From positions 11,842,001-11,906,000 of the forward strand of contig JBHGNT010000002.1 in NCBI GenBank assembly GCA_043228905.1: a stretch of 64,000 bases of DNA. Reading direction: 5' to 3'. A model generated the notes under the pieces. That model ran no database searches, was not told the origin of the DNA, and was given only the letters and a program-made list of their open reading frames with translations. The translations under genes and the position numbers were made by a program. Positions within the stretch are counted from its first letter, which is position 1; each line of letters starts with the position of its first letter. This document shows positions 24,782 to 38,724 of the stretch, piece after piece. Origin of the DNA: Azolla caroliniana. Taxonomy: Eukaryota; Plantae; Polypodiophyta.

Positions 24782-27700
24782 ATGGCTTACCCATATTCTA
24801 AGTTTCGGGAAGGTGCTGATGGAGAAGCACATGTTAGGGATTTCATGACAACATGGGAAATTAACCATGGAGCTCAGAGGCTATCGGCAGTAGCCGAAGA
24901 TAAATCTAAAATTGTTGAGTTTGTTTTGTCATTAGACGGTCAGTCCGCTAATTGGTTTGCGCAAAATGGTTTCCGTGCGTTCGAAACATTTGAACAATTA
25001 AATACCAAATTTCTGCAAATTATTTCACCGTCAGATTCCTGAAAAGGATCTGATAGCGCAATTTTTATGCGTTGTATCAGGAGCCGCATGAAACGGTGTC
25101 TCAATGTGTCATCCGTTGTCAGAATTTACAACTCTAGATTTCCAGGCCTATTCCGGACAACGAATTATAGGATGTATTCCTTGAAGGAATTCGTGAACCA
25201 TTACGAACAACATTAGCAGTGTTCGATTTCCGGAATCAGATGATCAAGCAAGTGATTGATAAAGCAATCACTATGGGCCGGAATCCAAAAAATATAAAGA
25301 GTATGGATATGTCAGCATTACATCATACGTTGCCAACTCGGGAGGAGTTGCAATTTCGGCAAGCAGTTCAATGTATGACTTGTTTGAATACTGGGCATTC
25401 GGCAATAGAATGTAGTTTGCGAACACATTGCACAATATGTCATTCCAAACTTCATTCGGTCGAGCAATGTGAATATAAACTTCTTAACAAAATGACACCG
25501 GTACAACAAATTTTTCTGGAAAATGGGTACTAGAATAACCGACATATATTCAATAATGGGTACCAAGAAACCGCTCGACAAAATAATTATCAACAGAATC
25601 AAGATTTCTCGGTGGCACAAGATAACAACTATCAACAAAACAATGGAGGTCGGTTTAAACAAAATCTCTATAAAAATAAAAAATTCTATAAGCAAAAAGC
25701 ATCGCGGCAATTTCAACAACCCCCAGATTCTAATGAGGATGGAAATCATCAGTTTGCGCAAGGTGAAGGGAGTGGACCATTTGTTCCGACCTGCTATATA
25801 TGCCGACAGGAGGGCCATTATGCAAATCAATGTTCGTCAAAAGGAAAAGGAAAAACATTGGTTGTGCATATGGTCATGCTGAAAATTTAGCAAGTGACCA
25901 CTAGAAGTAAAAGTAAACAATCAAAGTGGGAAATTCAGGAAACTGTTCGGAAAGCAGCCAAGGAATGGGTAGAAGAAGCAAATAAAAACAATGTGTCCCG
26001 AATGCTCCAAGATAATGAGATTAATCAAGCTAATGAATTGCCCGGAGTTATGGCCATACTAGAACAAGAAGAAACTTGGAAAATCTTGGCGGATTGCCAA
26101 GTATCATTGCCTTTGACGGGATTACTCAAATTAGTTCCTAGGTTCACAGAAAAAGTGGCGACGCTAATTGCCCAAAAAGGGACGGAACAGGTAGATGTTC
26201 ACTATAATCAGCCGAGTAATAATCCTTCAATTATGGATGAGCAAAATCCTTCTATTAAAGTAATAATCCATGGGCAAGAAATAGAAGGTGCTATTGTCGA
26301 TGGTGGATCAAGCGTGAATGTAATTATTAGAACTACTTGTGAAAACCTTGGCATTACCAAATGGGAAGCATGTCCATTCTGGCTAAGAATGGCTGATACT
26401 AGTACGGTACGACCAATCAGGTTACTGCGGTAGTTGGATGTCGTATTAGGAGGTCACACTTTTCAAATATCAACAGTAGTGCTTCATTTGGAAGCTCCTG
26501 GAGCATATCCTTTGCTATTAGGTAGACCATGGTTAAAAACTCTAATATTAAGCAAAACTGGAATCAGAATTTATTAACATTCCGGAAAGGCAAGACGAAA
26601 ATCCGGGTGTCTACTCAGAATAAGATTACGACGAGAAAACAATGTTTGCCAATTCATGCTGAGACTGTAAATATGATGGAAGGACTAGATGAGATCGAAG
26701 AAAATCATTAGTTTAATGATAACCCAAAAATTATCCCGTTGTTCGAAGTAGACATATTACAAACTCTAACACCATACATGGATGCACAAGAGGAGTTACC
26801 ATTAGATGAGCAAACAATGAAGGAAATCCGAATGCAGTAGGAAGCTATCGAAAGAGAAATGAAGGTATCTCAACGGGTTCAGGCTTCAGCATTGGAGGAA
26901 GTAAATTTGGCAAAAGATGATAAAGGGTGTGAACCAAAAATAGTGTTGGTGGCTAAAGATATGAGCATGGTGGATAAACAAAGGCTACTTGGGTTACTAA
27001 AGCAATATAAAGATGTTTTTGTGTGGTCTTTTGAAGACATGAAAGGGCTAGATCTGGCTTTCTGTCAACACCAAATTAACTTGCATAAAGATGCGAAACC
27101 GGTTCAACAATGAAGGTATCGTTTAAATCCTAATTATGCAATTAAAGTTAAAGAGGAAATAGATAAACTTCTAAAGGTAGGGTTCATTTGACTGGTAAAA
27201 AAAGCTTCATGGCTAAGTTCGATTGTAGTTGTTCCGAAAAAGAATGGAAAAATTCGAGTATGTGTCGACTATCGGAAACTAAATGCAGCAACAATAACGG
27301 ATGCATTTCCATTACCGTTTACGGATGGGATCTTAGATGCAGTCACTGGTCATGAAATGTATAGTTTCCTCGATGGATTTAGTGGATATAATTAGGTAAG
27401 GATGCATCCGGAGAATCAAGAGAAGACAACCTTCGTTACTGAATGGGGAGTATTTGTGGCAGTAGTAATGATGTTCGGATTAAAAACAGCTCCGGACACA
27501 TTTCAAAGGGTTATACAGGAGACTTTTGCGGAATACATTCCCACATTTATGCAAGTTTTTCTGGATGATTTCGCCGTGTATAGTCGGAAAGTGGAACATT
27601 TCGAACATTTACGACTATGTTTGGAGCAATGTCAGAAAGGTCAGCTTAGTTTGAATCTGGCAAAATGCACGTTCGGAGTTACTAGTGGGACACTATTAGG

Positions 27701-29746
27701 CCATATTGTCGGCCAAGAAGGAATTGTAGTTGACCCAGACAAGGTCAGGACCATATTCGAAGCACCAGCACCTACAAACTCTAAGGGCCTTAGTTGGTTC
27801 TTGGGGCAGATTAGATTGCATAGCAGGATGATTAGATATCTTGCGGATGTGGCCATTCCTCTACACACAACGGTGCATAAAGTTCCTTTTCAATGGACAA
27901 GTGTGGAACATGACGCGTATGAATGTCTCAAGAAAATGCTATCTAAAGTTTCGGTGGTTCAACCACCTGATTGGAATAAACCCTTCCATGTGTTCGTTGA
28001 TGCATCTGATATAGCAATCGGCAGTGCACTTATGCAGTTATCTGAACCAAACTGGTATAGACCAGTGTATTACACTAGTCGAAAACTCTCAACAGCAGAA
28101 AGAAATTATTCAGCAACCGAGAGGGAAGCGTTAGAATGATTTATAGTATCAATAAATTTTGCCACTCCCTTTTGGGCAAGAAATTTACATTCCATGTCGA
28201 TCATTCTGCTCTTCTCTATTTGGTCTCCAAACAAGAATTAACTGGTAAGCTAGCACAATGGACATTATTACTGCAAGAATTTGAGTTTGACATTTTACAT
28301 CGGCCAGGACCATAGCATGCAATTGTTGAATATCTTAGCTGACTAGAGTGGGGAGAAGAAGGCATAGGTGTGTCAGATGATTTTCCGGATGGACAACTCT
28401 TTCGAGTGGAAGCAGTACGAGTATAGGAAATAAATGAAGGCAAGGATGCTTGGATCTCTGAGATGACAATCTTTCTTACAACAGGGCTACCACCAGAGCA
28501 TCTATCGGCGGATGAAAGGAAAAGGCTAGCCGTTCGTAGTCGGAATTTCTATTTTTTGAACGATACTCTCTATCATAAAGGTGTAGACGGAATTTGGAGA
28601 AGGACAGTACGACAATTTGAGAAATCGATAATTCTGTGAGAATCTCATTGTGGTATTGCAGGTGGTCATTATGCCGGAGAAACTACAGCCCGAAAAATAT
28701 GGAACAGTGGCTTATGGTGGCCGACAGTAATGAAGGATGCAGTAGACTATTGTCGAAAATGTGATTTATGTCAAAGACTAGGGCAACCCACTGAAAAAGA
28801 CAGAATGCCTTTCCAACCTGTTTTGCCTTTGGAGCCATTTCAAAAATGGGGATTGGATTTTGTCGGTCCATTTAAACCAGCAGCCATACGCATAGGTTAT
28901 CGTTACACCATAGTCGCCATAGATTACTGTACGAAGTGGGTAGAAGCTAAACCCCTCAAGGACAATACGGCAGCATCAACAACAAAAATTTTGTACGAAA
29001 ATATGTGGTGTCGATTTGGGTGTCCGATAGAATTAGTAAGCGATCAAGGTACACATTTTATTAATAAAATTGTACATGAGCTATCCACATATTACACAAT
29101 GGTTCATAAAAAGAGCACTCCTTATTATCCACAAGCAAATGGATTACCAAAATCGACAAATAAAACACTGCAGACAATACTCGAAAAGATAGTCAATGAA
29201 AATCGTACAGACTGGGATCAAAAGCTTCAGAGTGCTTTATGGGCATATCGGACGTCTTATAAAACATCTATTAAATCAACTCCTTTCCGAATGGCTTTCG
29301 GATTAGAAGTCGTAATGCCAATAGAATTTCAGATTCCGACACTCCGAATACAAGCAACTAAAAAATTAAATGAACTACAATCGGAACAATTTTGGAAGGA
29401 AGCCCTATTACTGTTAGAGGAAGAAAGAATACAGGCCATGTCGGCTTTGGAACACAAGCAAAGACAAACAATGGCATTTGTAAATCGTCACAGACCTCAA
29501 AACGAAGTACAGTTCAAAATCGACAAACCGGTACTAGTATTCCAAACTAAGATGGGAGCAATGCCGGGCAAATTACGATTTCGGTGGACAAAACTAGTGT
29601 GGATTGTGAACAGCAAGAATGGGACGTATCAAGTGGGTACATTATCAGGCGACATTTTACCAAAATGGGTAAATGGTTTCCGGCTTAAACCGTATCACGG
29701 GCCAATGCCGAAAAACCCGTTTAAACTCGAAACTGAGGCAAACTAA
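24782..29746 (+). pseudogene. Gypsy B gag-pol pseudogene (gag with zinc knuckles, PR, RT, RNase H, integrase)
   Basis: CMTCLNTGHSAIEC, CYICRQEGHYANQC, IVDGGSSVNV, VMMFGLKTAP, VFLDDFAVYS, VFVDASDIAIG, KWGLDFVGP, ELVSDQGTHF; in-frame stops; no extra archaeal-type RNase H and no chromodomain seen. Confidence 0.92.
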
Positions 29747-30115
29747 CTATAGATAATGTTGGCCAAAACAACTAACTCTCGAAAAGAAAATCTTGGAAAA
29801 GACTTAGACAGATTATAAGTAAAGGACTAGTCGAGACATGCAACTAACACTCATTATTGCTATTCTTAACTTTTTCATTAATAGTATCTTTTCTATTCCC
29901 TAGGCATCATGCAACGCGTTATTTCCTTAAAACCTATTTCTGCAACGCCTGTTTCACCACAGAAATAGAAGTGTATACATGCTGAAAAATTTTCTGCTCT
30001 CTCTCGCCCTAGCCTAAAACTCTGCTCTGATTTTTCTTCAACACAGAACTTCGATTCATCAGTCGGCGAAGAGAATATGGTAATTTATGTTTCTGATAAC
30101 CTACGATAGTGACTC

Positions 30116-32546
30116 ATGAAAGTCGCAGAGGTAGAACCGCACCCTCGTGCTGCAGAAATTCTGCAGCAACTCGACGTATCCAAAATCACCAACAAAAAGG
30201 TACGTTCTGTTTTGGAATTAAAAAGAGAAGGTTTCGATGTTGTCCAGAAAATGGACAAGGATGTGCTTAGGTCATATTTCGGGGAATATTCTCCCTCTAT
30301 GAAGGCTTTTCAAATGCAAGGCGGTGCAGATGAATTTTTTCATGAAGTCGCAAAAATTTTGTTGGAAGTAGCGTTTGTCAATCCCAAGTTTTATTGTATG
30401 CCCAAGAAGCGGGCCACATTCATAATCGTGACATATGAGGGTGAAATTTTTGATTGGGGGTTATTGTCAGCAGATGCTCTACGAGAGCAACTGTATGGGG
30501 TGCAAGAAGGGAAACCAATGAAACCGATATTTGCTCAGTGGTTGTCAATATTGTTTCCATCTCAGAGATTGGAAAGCCAACCGCAAGAACAAAGGCCACC
30601 ACGGCCACAAGGACCTCGACTCCGAAGACCAGTGTAACACGAAGAGTGGCAGGAAGAAGAATCGACGCATGTCAACACCACTCAATCAGAACCTGAACAG
30701 CAACCGGCCGCACCACAACCTCAAAAACAACCAACCACGCACCCAGAATCTAGACAACAATCAGATCCCTGGACGACTACACAACAGTCAAAAGCACAAC
30801 AAAAATCAACACCTGTCGGAGCTGAACAGTTGACACAACGACCAAGAAGGATGAAACAAAGATCCCAACGATTTTTTCAAACTCAGCAGGAGGAACCTGC
30901 ACAGAAGAAACAAAGAACCGACGATCAAGCCACACAAAGTGCACGAATACCTAGGGTCAATCCTAATGACACGACTAGAGTTCAGAAAGGGCAATCGTCA
31001 ATAACAACAATGCGAGAAGCAGTAGGCTTTGCCGACATTCCTCCAACGGCACATGAACTGGTAGTTATTCTACAATTCAGAACATCGTAAGAGCTAGTAG
31101 AATGGTTAGCACGGAGATTACAGGAGGTGTTGGAAAGAATGGCACAGGAGCACCAGGATCAAATAATGATCCAAAAATCATTGTATGGAGCTATCGAGCC
31201 GGAAGAACAACATGAATTAGATCGAATCGGCAAACAACATAGTGCGAGAAACAGGGCCGAGGTTATACAGATGCCACCATTGCATGAGGCTCTGGTAGAA
31301 GTACATAGAGAATATGAAAAGGCCAGTCAAGCAGCCAAAGATATGGCTGATTTATACAAAAAATCATCGGCGGCGTCGGAAATACTAAACGCACAATGTA
31401 CAAACATGAAAACCGAAAACCTGCAGTTGACGGAACGACTCCGACAAGCTGAAGAACAACTGCAGAAAACAAGGGAAGAATGGTTGCAGAAGGAATCCAG
31501 CAGACCTTTAGAGGCTAATCGAGAATGGCAACAAAAGCTACAATAGGTAGAAGCAGCATTCAAGGCGGCGGAAGCTAGAGCTGAAAAAGCCGAAATCCGA
31601 ACCAAGAAACTGGAGGATCAGATACAACTGGCAAAGACGGAAAATGGAAAATGGCTCGATGCAAAGGACGAATTAATTCAACAGTTGTGCCGAAAGTTAG
31701 CAAAGCAACAAGAAACCACGCACCAAAACGTTGAGCAAGTGGAGGAGCTGGAAGAGTATGTAAATGTACAGATAGAATATTTTGCAGAAAAAATGGTCGG
31801 AAAGGACAAATTGCTGAACAAAATCAACAAAAAGTATAATAAACAACAAGAAGAATGGGAAGCAGCTCGGGCAACTCTGGAAAGACAGTGTTCAGAAGTG
31901 GAAGTTGTGTCGGAAAAAAGGTGACTTGACCTGTTACTGGCACAAAACAAGTTGTTACAGACAGAAGGAGAAAAGAATGCTCAAATTGAGGATTTACGAA
32001 GAACATTGGCAGAAGCATAGTCTCAAGCGAGTATAACCGAGGAAAGAATTTGAGACATCCTAAGACACCATAAACTTAACGCCTTGAAAATGGTGAATGA
32101 GTCCATAGATAAAGGTTGGAAAACCTGGTCGGCACAAGCAGCTGAACTTCAATTGTTACGGGCTGACAGAGACAATAGGAAGGCTCACAGTCAAGGTTTC
32201 TTCAAAATGACGGAAGAAGCAATATCAACTATTCAGGAAGATATTGCTAAAGACTTGTATGAGATAGCAGCTTGTCACAAAGAAGAAGTTAGTCACATTA
32301 TGCAAGAATTCGACAAACATGGTGCGTGGTTCCATCTAGATAAAAATTGAATCCGAAAGGCGAAATTAGACCCCGAGACTTGAAGCACCGGCAACGGAGA
32401 AACTAAGACCATCGACCGCAGATACAGAAACCGAAGACGAGGACGAGGAGGATATGCAGCAACCTGAACCTTCATTGTTCGATATTCTGCAGGATGACGC
32501 AGAGGATGAATTAGAGGAGGACCTGCCTTCGGAACAACAGGAGTAG
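30116..32546 (+). pseudogene. Extra 3' ORF of gypsy B (globular N-terminus, Pro/Gln linker, long coiled coil, acidic tail), disrupted
   Basis: Consecutive ORFs 30116-30637, 30830-31090, 31127-31546, 31685-31924 and 32084-32350; similar to the minus-strand ORFs at 60245-62690. Confidence 0.7.
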
Positions 32547-32580
32547 AAGGGGTACCATGGGGTTCGCCGGACAAAGCCCT

Positions 32581-32597
32581 GTCTCACGGGCGTGCCA
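32581..32597 (-). promoter_or_regulatory. Inverted PBS / tRNA-Arg 3'-end copy at the PPT position of gypsy B
   Basis: GTCTCACGGGCGTGCCA, 2 nt before the 3' LTR start at 32600. Confidence 0.72.
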
Positions 32598-34370
32598 AGT
32601 GTTACCCGGACAAGTGGGGAAGTGTCGGAGTCAGAAATGAAGAACGTTCGGAGTCGGAGTCGGTTTTGGATCGGTATAGAGGATCGATGAGTCAACATAT
32701 GGCCGAAGTAAATTAAAATTGAAATTATAAGTTAGTTAAAGATTTTGTATTTCTTGCCATGTTTGGCAATATGTTTTCTTGATGAGGAAGTCCTTCCGGT
32801 TGCCTATAAGAGGAACCGAAGGCAATGTAAAGAGCTATCGTTCTATTTAGTAATATAAAGTTAGTTTAGGAAATCTCTGTGTACGAAACGCTCTGTCAAT
32901 CTATTTCCTTTCTGTTATAACTTATTACATAAATAGTGATCTCGATGCTTACAGAACATCGATAAGTTTACAACCATTTTAGTATCTATTCGTCTAAAAC
33001 CACAATTCATTGATAGAACATTCGGTGAGGGGTCGAAGCATGCTACGGTGTACCAACTTTTGGCCAAAAATTTAGTACTAAATCAAAGAAGAAAATAAAC
33101 ATTAAAAATTGTAAATAAATTTCAAAAAACAAAAAACAAATTCATTACGTCACACTCGAATGCACAAAGATATTATACGTCACACTCGAAATGTCCCTAG
33201 GCCATATTTAATACATTAATTGTTGCCCCAGTCTCCTAGGTAGAGTTGTACGAAAGCACACCTGGAGAAGGTATCCATTGTGACAGTTGGTCAGTCTCAA
33301 TATCTCTCTCTCTCTCTCTCTCTGGTATGGGTAGTCGAACGTGTCAATTGGTATGTCTCTCTCTCTCTCTCTCTCTCTTCTGTCTCGAAGTTGTCATACA
33401 GACAGTGGCAGAAAGTTAAAGAAAGATGACATATCTATTACAGGTCTATCTCTCTCTTTCTCTCTCTCACTCCACCTTCGAAGCTCTGTTTCTTTCTTTC
33501 TTTCTGTTTCTCTCTCTCACTCCACCTTCGATTCTCTGTTTCCCCGCGTAGCTATTCTTGTGTTCCCCTCTGTGCCAGGTTCGATCTCTGAACTCTGTAT
33601 ACGCAGAGATTTTTGTTTCCCCTGCTCGTTGTATGTGTTGTTGATTTTCCTTCCTTGTGTATGCTCGTTTGTCTCCTCTACAGCAGCCTCGTTTGTCGAA
33701 ATCAACACGGTGTGGTACCTCTGCAAGTTGTCCGACCTCCAGGTATTCTCTGTGTTGCATGCCCAACTGGTATGTTTACTTTTTCTGAATGTTTCCTGTC
33801 TGTCTGTTTTTTATTTGCATGTGTATGGCCATTTTTAGGGTTTGATTATTCATAGTCTATGTGTTGCATGCGCAACTGGTATGTTTTTGTTTTCTCTGTG
33901 TTTCTCTGTGTTTCTTTTAAAAATGTATGACAATATTTTGATCGAGGTGGTTGTGTGTTAGACATGTTTGTACATGCAACGTAAATGGAGTTGGCTATGA
34001 TGAGTTGCTATGTTTTCGTTTTGTTCTTGTTTCCTGTCCATCTGTTTTATTTTGTGTGAGTTTGACATGGATGAGTGTTTTTCCGACTATTTTGGGTTTT
34101 TGTGTGTTTGACATGGCTTGTACATGCGATGTGATGGAGTTGGCTATGATGATTTACAATGTTTTCGTTTTCTTTGACTTTCCTATCCGTCTGTTTTTAT
34201 TGTCTGTGTGTTTGACATGGATGAGTTTTTTTCCGACTATTTAGGGTTATTGTGTGTTTGACATGGTTTGTACATGCAATGTGATGATTTGCTATGTGTT
34301 GATGGTAATTGCTTGAGTTTTCTTCTAGTACATGCATATTCATTCCCTGAGAATTGTGTTGACTAGGACA

Positions 34371-37300
34371 ATGACGAGAAGGACACCCATAAAGAAGACA
34401 TTGATGAAAGAGAAAGTGAAGACACCAGTGAAGGAAGGAAGAAGGACACCCATGAAAGAAAGCAAGAAGACACCCACAAGAGAAAGGGTGATGAATTCAT
34501 CAACACAGAGAAAGAAGATGTACCACTCCATCAGTCGAGACACACCTCTTGGATGGAATTATTTCCTTCGAGCACCACCTGACGTTTATCCAGAGCTGAG
34601 AGAGTGGTTGTTAAAAACCTGGGCGTCAGCACATCCCGACACAAGGCGAGGATTCCACATAAGTGGTTTGAAGAGGGAATACATGAATTTATTGAAGACG
34701 AGATACGAACATGTTTATGATACAAATCAAATCACTAACAATGAGGTGGGTACTGTTTTTGCACGTGCTTTTGCATGTGAAGTTCAAGGTGGCATTGACG
34801 TAAATTGGGAAGATTTTAATCGGCACCGGTCAGAACATTACAAAGGGTCCTCCAGTACCAACACTGGCTTGAAGTCATCTGGAACCACTTGTGTGGATAT
34901 TCTAGCTATAACACCTGTCCACCAAGTTCTAGAGGCAAAGGTACGGGCCATAATGACTGAAAAGCATGAACAGATGATGGCCGGTTGCATAGCTTCTATG
35001 AGCTCAAGAATACAAACACTACTTGCTGATTTGGAAGCAGTTAAATCAGTTGAGATACAGGCAGAAAAGAAATTTTCTTCAATAAAAACTACATATGAAT
35101 GGATTGCATCGACAATCCAAAATTCAGAAAGTGAGGTGTTGAAAGAGGAGTTGAAGAAAGAGCTGAACAATATGGGCACTCAATTAGGTTCACATATGAG
35201 AGACCTTGATACTTGCAGGAATGCACATAAAGAAATAGATAATAAATTGTCAGCCTTAAAGTTGCATTCTGAGAACCTTGCATGCTTGATGCAGGATTTA
35301 AAACAAAATGGTTTTGATACTTTGTGTCCATCTGTAATTGAGCACCCAAGTGGTATAGAAAGTACCATTATTAGTATAGCTATATCACGGTATTGGCTTT
35401 AAAAGTTATTTATTTCTACTTCTCTGGTATAAATAAGTGAGCAGCTAATATATTATAACTTGTGTTTGCAATCTTCCAGGTGTATATTTTGTGGCCTCGG
35501 ATTCAAGCTGGAGGCTATGGATGTTGTGATTACACCATGCTTGCACACATATCATGTGCTATGTGCTAAGTATCATTTTGAGAAAGAGAATACATGTATG
35601 GACTGTAAAACTACAATTGTGGCTGAGTGGTACTATGCTTGGGGTTTAAAAGTACACCCGTACGGTATGTGGCTCTACTATTCTATTGTTTGTATTATAT
35701 GATGTCAATTAACATTTGGACTAGAACTAGTGTATGCCACAATTCATACTTCAAATTTACTGTAATCTCTAACAACTATTATGTGGAACCCTAATTATGT
35801 GGGTTAGTATTGGCAGTACTCTTAATATATAATTGGTATGTGTAGTTGAAGGGATATTTTCCAAAATTAGTAGTACTAAAAGGGAACCAGGTACAACATC
35901 GTCCAATCTATATTGCAACTTGCCTAGTATTAGTTTAGTAAACACTATAGTTATAGTACACTGTTGACTGTTAGTATTGTTTGTGTAACTTGGGAATTAG
36001 TACTAGTAATGTAATTTGGGAACAAGGTGTATAGTAAATTGCTGAATAATAGTACAATTATTGTAATTTGGAAATGAGGTGTGTCAAACACATATCACGT
36101 TTAGTACTAATACTGCTCAAGATTAATACTGTTGGTGTAATTAGTACAAGTTATGTAACTAGGTGTGTAGAACACATATCATGTTTAGTATTACTTGTGT
36201 GCAAAATACCAATCTACATTTGTTGGATTAGTACTTAATAAGTACTACATGGTTCATGATTAGTACTAGTTTTGTACTTTGTGAACTAAGTTACTAGTAC
36301 ATTGCTCATGATTAATACTAGTTTTGTAATTTGGGAACTGAGTAGTACTTTGTTCCTTATTAGTACTAGTTTTATACCTTATTAGTACTAGATCAGTAAT
36401 CTAGAAAATAAGTGAGTAGTACATTTTGTAGGATTAGTACTAATTGTGTAATTTGACTCAGTCAGTGGTACATTGTTGAGTAGTACATTGTTCAGGATTA
36501 GTACTAATTGTGTAATTTGACTAAGTCAGTGGTACATTGTTCGGGATTAGTACTCCTTGTGTAATTTGCTAACTAAGTGAGTAGTATATTGTGCATGATT
36601 AGTACTACTTGTGTAAATTGGGAACTAAGTGAGCATTACATTGTTCGGGATTAGTACTCCTTGTGTAATTTGGTAACTAAGTGAGTAGTATATTGTGCAT
36701 GATTAGTACTACTTGTGTATATTGTGCATGATTAGTACTAATCGTGTAAATTGGGAACTAAGTGAGCAGTACAGTGTTCCTTATTAGTACTAGTTCAGTA
36801 ATTTAGGAACTATGTGAGTAGTACATTGTTCATGATTGGTACATTGTGTAAAATGGGAAGCAGCTCTTGTGACCTACATTATATATTTTAGATGATGGTA
36901 CTAACATTCAAGGTTTTTTTGTTTCTTGCAATGAATGTTGTAGTGTCAAGCAACTCCACGCCAGGGAAGGTAATGGAACAACCAACCCCTGTGCCTAAAC
37001 CCTCAATATCTGCTGCACATTCCAAGGTTCAGGGACCATCATTACCAATAACCTATGATTTTTATGATGAGGATGAATGTATGAGAAGGGCCATTGGAGC
37101 AGTGGAACATATGCTTCTACAAACAAATTCCCCAAGCTCCGGTCAACATCAAGAAATAGAGCCCACTAAGAAGAGAAATGCAGTTTCTTTACAAATAGAG
37201 CCCAGTAAGAAGAGAAATGCTGCAAGAATGTTGTATGGAAACGGCAAGAAAGGCAAAGTTGAATGCAATGGTGAGTCATATAAGTTCTCACCTGTTTGGA

Positions 37301-38724
37301 GCATTGTCAACCTAATCCATTGTCTAATACCATGTACTTGTGTTACTAGCTGATGATGAAATGATATTTGGTGACGGAGATACGAGTCCAAAACCTGATC
37401 ATGAAGACGAATTTATCACACTCCCAGGTACACGTCAAAAGCCAGACTTTGAAAACAATGATTTAGCTCATAACAACCCTATTTTTGTTGTTATTATAGA
37501 TCATAACAACACTGTTGAGCACCTAGATGTTGTGGAGAAGATGACCGAGCCCACCACTTGCAATGGGGTATCTACGGCTGTACAGTATGACGATGTAACA
37601 TTAGGTAAAAATGTGGCCCTAAACCCTATGTTCATTGTTTGCAAACTTTTGAGTATGTGAGTTGATACCAATATTCTTTGGAATCCCATTAATTAGGTTT
37701 ACAAGAGCAGTCTGATTCCCAACTGCAATCAAATGAATCAGGAACTTCATGGAGCACAAGTCCAGAGTCAGATTCCCATCAGAGTCAGAATCAAATTAAC
37801 CTTTGCAAGGAGGCAGACTCTGGAAGCACATCTTCCACACATGAGGATTGTGAGAAAAATGAAGCATTCATATGTGACGAGCAGTTGGCATGTACAAACA
37901 ACACTATGTCTAAAGAAGCCTATGAGTGTGGAAAGAATATGGCAAGTACTGAAGAGAAGATTGAAGCCCATGAAGAGTGTGGAAAGAATATGGCAAGTAC
38001 TGAAGAGAAGACTGATTGTACTGATAATGTGGCAAGTGCTGAAGAGAAGACTCATTGTACTGATAATGTGCTAGTACTGTCTAAAGATTCCCATGAGGAT
38101 CATGGAAAGAACATTGCTAGTAATGAAGAGGAGCTTGATTGTACTGAGAATGTGCTAGTAGTGTCTTGTGAAGCCCATGAGGATCATGGAAAGAACATCG
38201 CTTTCCCTAAAGATAAGCCTGATTGTACAGAATCCCATGAGGAGTGTAGAACGAACAACGTTACTAATGAAGGTGGGCCTGATTGTACTCTGAGCGAACA
38301 ACGTTGTCTTAAGAATGAGGTGACATCCATCGTACAAGAGGAGTTGACCATGACTACTGCCATGGTCCACATACAGGAGTCTAATAAGAACGAGTGTATA
38401 GGCATCGGTGATGATGATAGGGCAATAAATATCGCTAGGAGTACAAGCTTTCAAGAGATGAGTGATAATTTGTCTATCGACAGCACCTTTGTGGATTTGT
38501 GTACAAGCATTGCAGTTGCAGAAAACATAGTTGCTCTCTCAAGCTTGCCACCAGTACAAGGTGCCCGCGCATCCACGCCTATCTCTGATACCTCTGATGA
38601 TGAAGTGCCACTTAGTCAGCTCATACCTAAAGGCTTTAAGATAAAGAAGAATGTAAAATCAGAAAAATCTGGCACCAACAACAAGCGCATTACAAGATCG
38701 GCCAAGTTACCCTCTAGTGCCTGA
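34371..38724 (+). CDS. Transposon accessory gene, ~937 aa: basic N-terminus, coiled coil, RING-H2 finger, acidic repeat tail
   Basis: Predicted exons 34371-35389, 35480-35664, 36944-37270, 37350-37604 and 37697-38724. All introns GT..AG with matching phases; 2814 nt, no internal stop. C3H2C3 pattern CIFC..PCLHTYHVLC..CMDC. Confidence 0.75.
35980..36850. repeat. AGTACT-rich degenerate tandem array in intron 2 of the accessory gene
   Basis: Recurring ~50-bp unit GATTAGTACTACTTGTGTAATTTGGGAACTAAGTGAGTAGTACATTGTTCAT. Confidence 0.85.

Noticed and set aside
30116-32546. env gene
   Set aside because: No signal peptide or transmembrane segment visible; the sequence is hydrophilic coiled coil.
32541-32552. 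AGAAGGGG as the PPT of gypsy B
   Set aside because: Short and about 50 nt from the LTR start; a PPT must abut the LTR to define its end.
33341-34244. Hydrophobic ORFs suggesting membrane proteins
   Set aside because: CT/GT-rich leader and degenerate repeats, probably the 5' UTR and intron of the accessory gene.
34371-38724. RING gene as a resident host gene
   Set aside because: It lies wholly inside TIRs with a TSD, within an LTR whose empty site is visible.
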